Source of the DNA: Pedobacter sp.
GTDB lineage: Bacteria > Desulfobacterota > Desulfuromonadia > Desulfuromonadales > Syntrophotaleaceae
DNA: 64,000 nucleotides
Assembly (NCBI GenBank): GCA_050253415.1
Contig: JBFWJC010000001.1
Location: 1,448,679-1,512,678, forward strand
Reading direction: 5' to 3'
Shown one piece after another: positions 19,553 through 28,184 of this stretch; position 1 is the stretch's first letter, and the number at the start of each line of letters is the position of its first letter. Both the position numbers and the translations under genes were made by a program. The notes under the pieces are model-generated. The model was not told where the DNA came from, did no database searches, and saw only the letters and a program-made list of their open reading frames with translations.

Positions 19553-20569
19553 TTAAATCCGGGTATTGATCAACCCGCGCAGATCCCCTGTAAGGCGCTC
19601 CATCAATTCCTCTTCGGGGTGTGGTCTCCCCGTGGTAAAAAGTATTTCGCGCGGTGGTCTGAAATGCAGCGCCTGTCTCAAGTCTTCGCCAGATTCGGAT
19701 AATTTTTGACTTGTCTGTGTTTTTTCACAAGTGAATTTGATCAGCAGTTCTTCCATATCCCATAGCATATCGATGCGTATTTCTCCCAGCTTTTCCAGGC
19801 TCAGAAACAAACTCAGTTTATTCGGAGATTCTGTTTGCCCATGGGAACTTTCATCCGTGTTTTCAAGGAGAAGATAGCCCTGTTTAAGAAACGGCAGAGG
19901 CAGGGGCAGCAGCAGTGCACCTTCGGGAAGTAACTGAAGGTTCAACTGGTGGGCCATGTCCAGTCCCTGCAACAGGTTGCCGGCAATATCGGAAAGGCGG
20001 CCTTCACGGTCGACCTCCTCACCAGCCATCTGTGTGAGCACTTGTCTGAGGTTGACGGTGGCATCCCCATGTTTCAGATGGGCAACTCCGAGGCTCCGCA
20101 ACAGGGTCGCTAAAACGGATCCCTCCACGTTGTCGCCTGCTTCATCCAGCCCCCCCATAAAGGTCTTCAGGGCATCACGAATTGTTGCGAACAACGGGTT
20201 TTTTCCCGTCTCCCCACAAGCCTGGAATTCACGAAGCAGGGCAGGCAGATCCCATCCGGTGGCAAGGAGTTGCAGTAAAGCTCCTTGAGGATTTGCCGCA
20301 TTCAGGCCTAAAGTTTGCAATTGGACCTGTGGAGAGGTTGCCGTGACGTGCAACAGGAGTTTCTGCCCTTCTTGCAACCCAAGCTGTGAGCGGGCCGTAA
20401 CCTGCCGGCCATGCATTTCAAGCATGACCTGATCGTCTTTCAGGGAGGTCACGGTCGCCTGGAGGATCTGGCCGGGACGCCAGGTCGGTTGCTCACCGCC
20501 AGGTTGTGGTTTGATCTGGCCGGTTCCGGATACCGGCAGTACGGTGAAGGTTGCATCGGTGATTTTCAT
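19553..20569 (-). CDS. FliK-like flagellar hook-length control family protein
   Basis: GQILQATV N-terminus; C-terminal LFLSLEKLGEIRID T3S4-like segment; directly upstream of the FlhB-C-like gene. Confidence 0.6.
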   Translation of the reverse strand: MKITDATFTVLPVSGTGQIKPQPGGEQPTWRPGQILQATVTSLKDDQVMLEMHGRQVTARSQLGLQEGQKLLLHVTATSPQVQLQTLGLNAANPQGALLQLLATGWDLPALLREFQACGETGKNPLFATIRDALKTFMGGLDEAGDNVEGSVLATLLRSLGVAHLKHGDATVNLRQVLTQMAGEEVDREGRLSDIAGNLLQGLDMAHQLNLQLLPEGALLLPLPLPFLKQGYLLLENTDESSHGQTESPNKLSLFLSLEKLGEIRIDMLWDMEELLIKFTCEKTQTSQKLSESGEDLRQALHFRPPREILFTTGRPHPEEELMERLTGDLRGLINTRI

Positions 20570-20575
20570 AAGAAC

Positions 20576-20603
20576 TTGTCGACTCCCTGTACGTTTTTCT
20601 TTA
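20576..20603 (-). promoter_or_regulatory. Putative sigma28 (FliA) promoter for the fliK-like gene
   Basis: TAAA-N16-GTCGACAA on the minus strand. Confidence 0.55.
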
Positions 20604-20646
20604 CTTTTTAATAACCGTTTTTTTGATAAAAATCAGACGAAAAACC

Positions 20647-20674
20647 TAAAGATCATCGTTTGTTGTGTCGATAT
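20647..20674 (+). promoter_or_regulatory. Putative sigma28 (FliA) promoter for the REC-GGDEF gene
   Basis: TAAA-N16-GTCGATAT. Confidence 0.6.
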
Positions 20675-20712
20675 TAAAATCAACAGGCTGATTATCTGAT
20701 GGGAGAGTATTT

Positions 20713-21684
20713 ATGGCATACACAGCACTGATATTGGGTGATTCCGCGGGGACTCGCGAGGGCGTGGCCGATTGCCTGGATAATACCGGTCTCGTGCATC
20801 GCAAACTTTATTGCAAGGACGCCCGCCGGGCTATTCGCTGGCTCAGCGAATACGATATCGATATCGTGTGTTGTGATTGGTGTTGGGACGCCCACGAAGA
20901 AATCAGCGATCTGATGGGCGTATTGCGCCGCCGTCCCGAATGGCATGATCTTCCGGTACTCCTGTTTACCTCCGGAGACGATCGTCAGCTTTGGTTGACC
21001 GGTATGGAGTTGGGGGTAAGCGAATGTTTGTCCCTGGCGTTGCCGATGGAAGAACACCGCGTCAAGATTCGTTGGCATCTGAACAACCGCGAACGTATTC
21101 AGTCCTTGCATCAGGCCCAGAGCCAATTGGCGCGCATCGCTCTTTCCGATGGGCTCACGGGACTTTTCAATCGGGCCTATTTCGATGCAACCATCAGTCA
21201 GGAACTGGCACGTTGCGCCCGCCGTGGATTACCCCTGACGTTGCTTATGGTCGACCTGGACCACTTCAAAAAAATCAACGATACCTACGGTCATCTGGCA
21301 GGAGATAAAGCCCTTGAAGCCGTGGGCCAGGTGCTGAGCGCCATGAGTCGGACCAGTGATACCGTGTGTCGCTTTGGTGGGGAGGAATTCGCTATCATCC
21401 TGCCCGAGACTACCAATGCCAATGCGGTGATCGTGGCGGAGCGTATTCGTAAGAAAATTGCGCAGCTTGATTTAGGGTTTACCCTGACCGCCAGTATTGG
21501 TGTCGGTTCCGCCAAAGTGACAAAGTCTCTGCTGCCGGAGCATATTATCGCCGAAGCGGATGGCGCTCTTTACGAGGCCAAGCGCAAAGGTCGTAATCGG
21601 GTTGAAACCGTTGTGATGAATACCGGCGTGGTTTCCGACCTGAGATTGTTTAAGAAATTTAAAGTGGCCATGGCAACAGCCTGA
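20713..21684 (+). CDS. Receiver-like domain + GGEEF diguanylate cyclase
   Basis: DGLTGLFNR, DLDHFKKINDTYGHLAGD, RTSD I-site, RFGGEEF; N-terminal REC-like fold. Confidence 0.92.
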   Translation: MAYTALILGDSAGTREGVADCLDNTGLVHRKLYCKDARRAIRWLSEYDIDIVCCDWCWDAHEEISDLMGVLRRRPEWHDLPVLLFTSGDDRQLWLTGMELGVSECLSLALPMEEHRVKIRWHLNNRERIQSLHQAQSQLARIALSDGLTGLFNRAYFDATISQELARCARRGLPLTLLMVDLDHFKKINDTYGHLAGDKALEAVGQVLSAMSRTSDTVCRFGGEEFAIILPETTNANAVIVAERIRKKIAQLDLGFTLTASIGVGSAKVTKSLLPEHIIAEADGALYEAKRKGRNRVETVVMNTGVVSDLRLFKKFKVAMATA

Positions 21685-21705
21685 AGGTCATTACGTGATG
21701 TGAAC

Positions 21706-22395
21706 TCACCAGTTGCCGAGCATCAGGGCCATGAGACGTGTTTTGGCCTGCATGCTTCGGAAGTGTTCGGCCAGGATAAATAAAGAAAATTTCTCACTGT
21801 CTTCGGGCATGATGTGAACGATTTTGAGGGCCGTTTTACGGCCCTTTTTTGTTGTTTTTCCAGCGCTCAGAATGTGCGCCTTGCATTGCAGACTTTCGAG
21901 TGTGGTTCCAGGAAGAATCAGATGCAAGTTCAGTAATTCCCCCGGAGAAAAGTCGTCTTCCGTTGTAAAGCTAAGGCCCTGGCTGCTGAGACTTACATGG
22001 GTCCGTACCGGCTGTGGCCGGTCGGCTTGCGTTATCTCACCTTTCCAGTAGGCCATGTAAATGTCGGTATCGACGCGCAGGTTTTGCCGCTGATGATTGT
22101 GGGTTTCGTGACTTTCAATGCGAAGTCGGATGTGGCGGGGATGTTCCAGCTTTTCAGGGTACGCGGTGATGTTAAAAAAATGCAGCCCCTGATCGCAAAG
22201 CAGATGCCAGGTACCGCGCGTGTCAAGACCAGGTATCGGCCAATTGGATGGGAAAATCTGTACCTCAAGGTGCGACGGCCCATTCATTCTGGCGACCCCG
22301 TCGCAATGAACCGCTTCGTTCTGCAGGGTAGGAACGTTGATCTCGACCATATGCCATTGGTGAAAAACATTCAACAAGTCGTCGGTCGGTGTCAT
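21706..22395 (-). CDS. PilZ domain protein
   Basis: QRQNLRVD (RxxxR) and SLSSQG motifs; ATG 22395. Confidence 0.7.
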   Translation of the reverse strand: MTPTDDLLNVFHQWHMVEINVPTLQNEAVHCDGVARMNGPSHLEVQIFPSNWPIPGLDTRGTWHLLCDQGLHFFNITAYPEKLEHPRHIRLRIESHETHNHQRQNLRVDTDIYMAYWKGEITQADRPQPVRTHVSLSSQGLSFTTEDDFSPGELLNLHLILPGTTLESLQCKAHILSAGKTTKKGRKTALKIVHIMPEDSEKFSLFILAEHFRSMQAKTRLMALMLGNW

Positions 22396-22420
22396 GATAT
22401 TGACTTTTCGCTCAGTGTAG

Positions 22421-23176
22421 TTAGAAAAGATCCCGGGTTCGAACCTTGGTGCGCAGAATCTCACGTTCTTTGGCCAGGCAGAAAGCGACGATTTTATCGC
22501 GCTCCTGATTTTCGATTTCGGCAAAGTGCAGGGCTACCGCCAGGTCTCCGTTGGGCAAGTTGCAAAAGCGGATCACCTGTGCCAGGCATTCGACGGTTTC
22601 GAATGTTTTACCGTCCAGCCATAGTACCAGGGCAACCAGGTCGCCGATATCCAGATTACCTGGAACGGGAAGTCGAATACCGCTGGCGCTGAGATTAACT
22701 TTGGTATGCAGGGAGTGGGGTTGGCTGGGATGGTTCGATCCGAGACAGAAATAATCGAGTTTAATTCTGGCATCTATGCGGAAGAATTCGCGCTCCTGCA
22801 GGGCGATAGCCGGAGGTTTTGGCTTCACCAGCAGATCCGATGGTCCGAGAATGCTTTGGATGCGGGTAAGCAGTCGATATTCCCTTCCCTGGAGAGAGAA
22901 AAAAATCTGACATACTTCCTGGGGATTTATAACATCGCTGAAATCGCGGTCGTAGGGCAGGGCAATGCCCAGCTCGCCTTTGGGGGTGCTGTGGACGGAG
23001 CCCTCTACGGAGATAGACCTTTGCCCGTAAACGGGTAGCAATATCTTTGCATCCCGACCATCCTCAAAATGGTCAAGTATCGTATTAAGCATTTCAGTCA
23101 AAAGTACCTTGCTGGCAAAAGCAGAAGTCTGCTTCTGTGCCACGATATCTGGGGTGCAGCTAGCCATATTTGCCAT
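22421..23176 (-). CDS. PilZ domain protein (YcgR-like two-domain layout)
   Basis: EREFFRID (RxxxR) and NLSASG; start uncertain. Confidence 0.8.
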   Translation of the reverse strand: MANMASCTPDIVAQKQTSAFASKVLLTEMLNTILDHFEDGRDAKILLPVYGQRSISVEGSVHSTPKGELGIALPYDRDFSDVINPQEVCQIFFSLQGREYRLLTRIQSILGPSDLLVKPKPPAIALQEREFFRIDARIKLDYFCLGSNHPSQPHSLHTKVNLSASGIRLPVPGNLDIGDLVALVLWLDGKTFETVECLAQVIRFCNLPNGDLAVALHFAEIENQERDKIVAFCLAKEREILRTKVRTRDLF

Positions 23177-23178
23177 TG

Positions 23179-23583
23179 TCAGCAACTTCCGAAGGTGGAA
23201 TGCCCGGCACCCTGGTTCGAAGATCGATAGCCCCCCATGGCCTTACGGCCTTTTCGGAGACGTCCAAGCTCGTCTGCTGTTAAAACTTGCAAGGTCCGAG
23301 CCTGCTGCCGCAGTTTTTCACACTGATGCTGTATCTGCGACATAACATGTCGCTTCTTTTCCATTTCGGCGATGAATTCTGCCGTCGGCTGTTCATCTTG
23401 CATGAGCGTGCCAAGTTGCCGGTCTGTGTCCTGCGCTGCAGCATTCAAAGCTCGCCACTGCTCTTGTACCTTTACAAGGTCTGCCGTCTGCCCCTCTTGC
23501 AGCAATGCCGCCATTTCAGAAAGTTTTTCCTGAATGGCATAGTATTGTTGCGTCGACTTTTCTACGAGTTTTAGCATGGTCAT
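23179..23583 (-). CDS. Helical flagellar chaperone-like protein (FliT/FlgN-like)
   Basis: 134-aa coiled-coil ORF immediately after fliS; ends LGRLRKGRKAMGGY. Confidence 0.6.
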   Translation of the reverse strand: MTMLKLVEKSTQQYYAIQEKLSEMAALLQEGQTADLVKVQEQWRALNAAAQDTDRQLGTLMQDEQPTAEFIAEMEKKRHVMSQIQHQCEKLRQQARTLQVLTADELGRLRKGRKAMGGYRSSNQGAGHSTFGSC

Positions 23584-23626
23584 GTCAACCCTGTTATATA
23601 GAATGGACTCACGATAACGGTTTTTG

Positions 23627-24061
23627 TTACAAGCTGGCCTTAAGAGGCTGGTAATTGGAGTGGGCGGCGTTAGCGGCCGATTGAGACTCGTTACGGGCTA
23701 TGATGATGGCCTCTTTCCAGGTGTCTCGCAAATCGGATAGCATCGTATGTACAGCCCTGAGCTTTTGGCTGTCTTTTTTAATGTTGGCCTGAATCATTTC
23801 GCGGATCATATAATCGTAGAGGGAATCGAGATTGGCAGCGATTTCACCCCCGATATTATGATCCAGGGTGTTGCGGAATTCCATGACGATGGCCATGGCT
23901 TTGTTGATGCCATGGTTTTTCAGTTCGATATTGCCCTCGTCAATGCCTTGAATGGCCTGGGTGAGGAAACGAATCGCACCGTCATAAAGCATGATCATTA
24001 TCTGCTCAGGGGAAGCGCTGAAAATCTGGTTGTTTTTATATTGGTTCAGGTAGGCATTCAT
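23627..24061 (-). CDS. fliS: Flagellin export chaperone FliS
   Basis: ASPEQIMIMLYDGAIRFL, IAANLDSLYDYM. Confidence 0.96.
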   Translation of the reverse strand: MNAYLNQYKNNQIFSASPEQIMIMLYDGAIRFLTQAIQGIDEGNIELKNHGINKAMAIVMEFRNTLDHNIGGEIAANLDSLYDYMIREMIQANIKKDSQKLRAVHTMLSDLRDTWKEAIIIARNESQSAANAAHSNYQPLKASL

Positions 24062-24088
24062 GGTTTATTCCTTCCGCAGCTTCCAGCT

Positions 24089-25417
24089 CTAAGAATTAAA
24101 AAGGCTCAGCTGCTGAGTCAGATAAGAGCCGGTGCTGTTGAGGTTGCTGATCAACAGCTCCATAGCATCGAACTGGGCCCGCAAAAGAGCTTCCCTCTTT
24201 TCCAAGCGTGCCTCCATTTTAACAATGTTGGCTGCGATGGTTTTTTGTGTCCGGTCCGTACTTGTTTGTCGTGTTGCCGCCAAGCCATCCGCGCGATCGG
24301 TGGTTGATTCCAGGTAGGATGTAAACATGGCAGCAATACCCTCGAACCCGTCGCCCCCCGCCAACAGCTTATCCATGTCGTTCATGTTGGTTGAAATAGC
24401 TTCTTCGAGCATCGTGTTGTCGATGGTCAGGGTACCGTCCTTTTGGGTTTTAAGGCCCAACTGGGAAAGGGTTGTCAAGTTCCCGCCGGTAGCTATTGGT
24501 GAGGTCAACATCTTCTGCAGGTTACGTTTTACGGACATCAAGCCACTGTCGCGACCCCAGTCGCTGTCACTCTGGTCGGAGATATTGGTGATGACCGCGT
24601 TGAAGGCCGTGACCATATCTTTGATTCTTGTTTTGACGGTGTTAACATCTTCGGAAACGCTCATGACCGTCGTGTCGCCCGCTGTGGGGTGAATCTTGTT
24701 AACGGATAAGCTTACGCCCGGAATGGCATCTTCAAAGACGTTGCTGCCGCTGGTAATGGTAATACCATCGACAACGATGGAAGCCAGCGACTGGGTCTGG
24801 GTTGTGCTGAAAGCCAAGGCGTCGTAAGCATTCGCCGTCGTACCACCGGTTACGGAGGCGGTAAAAGCATTGGATGCATCTTCTCCGGTCAATACCAGTC
24901 TGAACCCGGTGCCATCCTGGATAATGCTGGCGGCAACACCGGTGGCGTTGTCACCGGTGTTGGCTTCATTGATCTTATCTATCAGGCTGTCCAGCGAATC
25001 GTTATCGATGATGATATCGGTTGTTCCGATGGTCAACGTGCCTGATATGAAATTGGCTTCACTACGACTTTCGTAAGTGCCGTCGCTGACGTCTTTTTGT
25101 TGTTTGGCAAGGCTCTGGACTTCGATGTTGTAACTTCCGGGCAAGGCGCTGCCGGAGGCGGATACCGAAAAAAACTCCTCGCTGGCCGCCTTGGCGGAGT
25201 ATGCGCGGACTTCCTCGCTGGAGTCGATGTTCTCAAACTTTTCAAGCAGGGTTTTCAGCTTGGTGTCGAGGGTGTTAAACGCATCCTGCCGGCTGGAAAA
25301 ATATTCCTGATCCGATTCCAGCCTATTCAGGGGTTGTCTTTCGATTTCCATCAGGGCATCGACGATACTTTCTGTGTCGATGCCACTGGCAAGGCCTCCG
25401 AAGTTGATTGACGACAT
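24089..25417 (-). CDS. fliD: Flagellar filament cap protein FliD
   Basis: INFGGLASGIDTESIVDALM N-terminus; LRAQFDAME C-terminus. Confidence 0.96.
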   Translation of the reverse strand: MSSINFGGLASGIDTESIVDALMEIERQPLNRLESDQEYFSSRQDAFNTLDTKLKTLLEKFENIDSSEEVRAYSAKAASEEFFSVSASGSALPGSYNIEVQSLAKQQKDVSDGTYESRSEANFISGTLTIGTTDIIIDNDSLDSLIDKINEANTGDNATGVAASIIQDGTGFRLVLTGEDASNAFTASVTGGTTANAYDALAFSTTQTQSLASIVVDGITITSGSNVFEDAIPGVSLSVNKIHPTAGDTTVMSVSEDVNTVKTRIKDMVTAFNAVITNISDQSDSDWGRDSGLMSVKRNLQKMLTSPIATGGNLTTLSQLGLKTQKDGTLTIDNTMLEEAISTNMNDMDKLLAGGDGFEGIAAMFTSYLESTTDRADGLAATRQTSTDRTQKTIAANIVKMEARLEKREALLRAQFDAMELLISNLNSTGSYLTQQLSLFNS

Positions 25418-25434
25418 AGCCCGTTCCTTCTCTT

Positions 25435-25779
25435 TCAAGTCGTTGTGTCGAGCAGGGAGCCGCGAAGATTGGTCAGCTTTTCGGATATGCCAATCAATTC
25501 TTCCGGAGGAATCTGGCGGATGAGTTCACCGGAGTCTGCATCCACAAGGCTGATCACCAGCTGTTTGCTCTGCTCGTCGTTTTCAAACCGTACACTATAG
25601 ACACCGTCATCCGTCAGGGCTTTGATCTTGTTAAGCACCTCTTCCGGCGCGATGATCTTTTCCGAATCGGCAATTTCCGGTTCGGATTCGGCTTTGTTCC
25701 GGTTTCGCTCGATGTTTTCCGCAGGTGAGGAGACCGGAGACGGGGTGCTGCCGCCGACTGATGTCAATTCTACCTTCAT
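25435..25779 (-). CDS. flaG: FlaG protein
   Basis: LVDADSGELIRQIPPEE motif; lies between fliC and fliD. Confidence 0.92.
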   Translation of the reverse strand: MKVELTSVGGSTPSPVSSPAENIERNRNKAESEPEIADSEKIIAPEEVLNKIKALTDDGVYSVRFENDEQSKQLVISLVDADSGELIRQIPPEELIGISEKLTNLRGSLLDTTT

Positions 25780-25814
25780 AGTATCCTCCCTTGACGGCGG
25801 TGGAGCCGTCGGGG

Positions 25815-25841
25815 AAAGGGGGCGGCAGGACCGCCCCCTTT
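25815..25841 (-). terminator. Hairpin after the second flagellin (terminator or attenuator before flaG)
   Basis: AAAGGGGGCGG / CCGCCCCCTTT 11-bp stem with a short U-tract. Confidence 0.6.
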
Positions 25842-25860
25842 ATGGTTATAACCCTGGCGA

Positions 25861-26703
25861 TTAGCCGAGCAGCGAGAGAGCCAGCTGCGGGGTCTGGTTG
25901 GACTGTGCCAGGATCGAAACACCTGCTTGCTGCAGGATGTTCATCTTGGTCATTTCCGAGGTCTCCGTGGCGATATCGGCATCGACAATTCGGGAACGCG
26001 CAGCGGAGAGGTTCTCCGAAACGTTGTTCAAGTTGGCGATGGTCGATTCGAAACGGTTCTGCTTGGCACCGAGAGTGCCGCGCAGGGAATCGACCTGGTT
26101 CAACGCGCCATCAATAGCTGAGATAGCCGTCGAGGCACCCGCTGCGGAGTCGATGGCGGCGCCATTAATGGTGGTACCTCCACCGCTAAGGGCAGTGGTG
26201 TCCATGTTGCCAATGGCAACAGAGATCTTCTCGCCGGCATTGGCGCCGACCTGGAACACTGCTGCATTGGAGCTGGCGTAGGTGCCGTCCAGCAGGTTCT
26301 GGCCGTTGAACTTGGTGGTATCGACGATGCGATCCAATTCGGAGGTCAATTCGCTGAATTCCGAGTTCAGAGCAGTGCGGTCGTCGGAGCTGTTGGTTCC
26401 ATTGGCGGACTGTACCGACAGTTCGCGCATGCGTTGCAGAATGTTGGTCATCTCGCCCAACGCCCCTTCCGCCGTCTGGGCGAAAGAAATAGCGTCGTTG
26501 GAGTTACGCACCGCCTGCCCCATACCTTTAATCTGGGAAGTCATGCGGTCAGAAATAGCCAGACCGGCGGCGTCATCTTTGGCGCTGTTGATACGCAAGC
26601 CCGAAGACAGGCGTTGCATGGAATTTGCGAGCGAAGATTGCGACTTCGACAAGTTCCGCTGTGCGTTCAATGATTGAACGTTAGTATTGATTGTTAATGC
26701 CAT
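25861..26703 (-). CDS. fliC: Flagellin (downstream copy, 280 aa)
   Basis: [21 protein letters not shown] and [11 protein letters not shown] conserved termini. Confidence 0.98.
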   Translation of the reverse strand: MALTINTNVQSLNAQRNLSKSQSSLANSMQRLSSGLRINSAKDDAAGLAISDRMTSQIKGMGQAVRNSNDAISFAQTAEGALGEMTNILQRMRELSVQSANGTNSSDDRTALNSEFSELTSELDRIVDTTKFNGQNLLDGTYASSNAAVFQVGANAGEKISVAIGNMDTTALSGGGTTINGAAIDSAAGASTAISAIDGALNQVDSLRGTLGAKQNRFESTIANLNNVSENLSAARSRIVDADIATETSEMTKMNILQQAGVSILAQSNQTPQLALSLLG

Positions 26704-26728
26704 GGTATTCCTCCATGAAAGGTGTTTT

Positions 26729-26746
26729 TCGGGCTTCCGTGCCCGA
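26729..26746 (-). promoter_or_regulatory. CsrA-type binding hairpin in the flagellin leader
   Basis: mRNA UCGGGC-ACGGAA-GCCCGA with GGA in the loop; second site AUGGA overlaps the SD. Confidence 0.7.
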
Positions 26747-26987
26747 GCCTTTTTTTCAACTCCTTACCGATAATGTGTTTAAAGTACTTTTGTCGGTTTC
26801 ACCCCCTTTCCATGGCGTTGAAGGGGGCTTCGATAAGTTTTTATCGATCCTTTGGGCTGTTGGCGAAAATGCGGCCCTTCGCCCAGCAGTGACCCGAGAT
26901 TATAAATATGTCTGTTAAGAAGTATGTTCTCCCGGGCCAGCCCCCCGAAACCGTTGTTTGCGGGTTAATGGTATCTGCCCTGTGAGT

Positions 26988-27015
26988 CGGTGTGGCTCAC
27001 AAAGGAGCCACACCG
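26988..27015 (-). other. Hairpin just after the upstream flagellin, with no U-tract
   Basis: CGGTGTGGCTC / GAGCCACACCG 11-bp stem. Confidence 0.6.
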
Positions 27016-27025
27016 TTACTCATCC

Positions 27026-27868
27026 TTACTGAAGTAGGGACAGGGCCAGCTGGGAGCTTTGGTTGGCCTGCGAGAGGATCGATACCCCGGCCTGTTGCAG
27101 GATGTTCATCTTGGTCATTTCCGAGGTTTCCGTAGCGATGTCGGCATCGACGATGCGTGAGCGCGCTGCGGAGAGATTCTCGGAAACGTTGTTCAGGTTG
27201 GCAATGGTCGATTCGAAACGGTTTTGCTTGGCACCGAGAGTACCGCGCAGGGAGTCGACCTGGTTCAACGCGCCGTCGATTGCCGTGATCGCCGTGGATG
27301 CGTCTGCGGCGGTAGTGACGTTAGCCGCATTGATAGTGGTGCCTCCACCGCTAAGAGCGTTGGTATCCACGTTGCCAATGGCCACGGAGATCTTCTCGCC
27401 GGCATTGGCGCCGACCTGGAATACGGCGGCATTGGAGCTGGTGTAGGTGCCGTCCAGCAGGTTCTGGCCGTTGAACTTGGTGGTATCAACGATGCGGTCC
27501 AATTCCGCGGACAACTCGCTGAATTCCGAGTTCAGGGCAGTGCGGTCGTCGGTGCTGTTGGTGGAGTTGGCCGACTGTACCGACAGTTCGCGCATGCGCT
27601 GCAGGATATTGGTCATCTCGCCCAACGCGCCCTCCGCCGTCTGAGCGAAAGAAATGGCATCGTTGGCATTGCGCACCGCCTGATTCATACCCTTGATCTG
27701 GGAAGTCATGCGGTCGGAGATAGCCAGTCCGGCAGCGTCATCCTTGGCGCTGTTGATGCGCAGGCCTGAAGACAGGCGTTGCATCGATTTAGCCAGGTTC
27801 CCTTGAGATTTAGCAAGGCTGCGCTGGGTGTTGAGGGACTGTACGTTTGTGTTGATAGTGATAGCCAT
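27026..27868 (-). CDS. fliC: Flagellin (upstream copy, 280 aa)
   Basis: Same conserved termini; close paralog of 25861-26703. Confidence 0.98.
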   Translation of the reverse strand: MAITINTNVQSLNTQRSLAKSQGNLAKSMQRLSSGLRINSAKDDAAGLAISDRMTSQIKGMNQAVRNANDAISFAQTAEGALGEMTNILQRMRELSVQSANSTNSTDDRTALNSEFSELSAELDRIVDTTKFNGQNLLDGTYTSSNAAVFQVGANAGEKISVAIGNVDTNALSGGGTTINAANVTTAADASTAITAIDGALNQVDSLRGTLGAKQNRFESTIANLNNVSENLSAARSRIVDADIATETSEMTKMNILQQAGVSILSQANQSSQLALSLLQ

Positions 27869-27893
27869 GATTATTCCTCCGTGAAAGTTGAGT

Positions 27894-27911
27894 CAGGGCA
27901 TCCTTGCCCTG
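27894..27911 (-). promoter_or_regulatory. CsrA-type binding hairpin in the flagellin leader
   Basis: mRNA CAGGGCA-AGGA-UGCCCUG; second site ACGGA overlaps the SD. Confidence 0.7.
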
Positions 27912-28003
27912 CTTTGCATAAAGATATTTAGACCTTGTGGCTGACCAGATTGCTTCCTGCAACTTTTTGGTGAGTCTTCAAGTTTCCCCAGGGTTCAATA
28001 TAC

Positions 28004-28030
28004 TTATCGGTTGAGTTGGCCCAGAGTTTA
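28004..28030 (-). promoter_or_regulatory. sigma28 (FliA) promoter of flagellin
   Basis: TAAA-N15-ACCGATAA on the minus strand. Confidence 0.75.
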
Positions 28031-28184
28031 GATGTTTTTTTATTTTAAAAGTGTTTTTTATAATAAGCCGGAGGCTGACAGGTTTGATTTGGTCTCAGGA
28101 TACGGTCAGGGGGGGGAATAAAGACAGGTCTGTTACCAGGCAGGGGTGTGCAATATCGAATATAAAATACGTGATTTCAGTGTG

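Noticed and set aside
16697..21684. Possibility that either GGDEF enzyme is a Hypr-type cGAMP synthase
   Set aside because: Both keep Asp in GHxxGD (GHAAGD, GHLAGD) rather than the Ser/Thr signature
22408..22456. tRNA-like GCTCAG...GGTTCGAACC sequence
   Set aside because: No anticodon arm or acceptor stem; overlaps the PilZ coding end on the opposite strand
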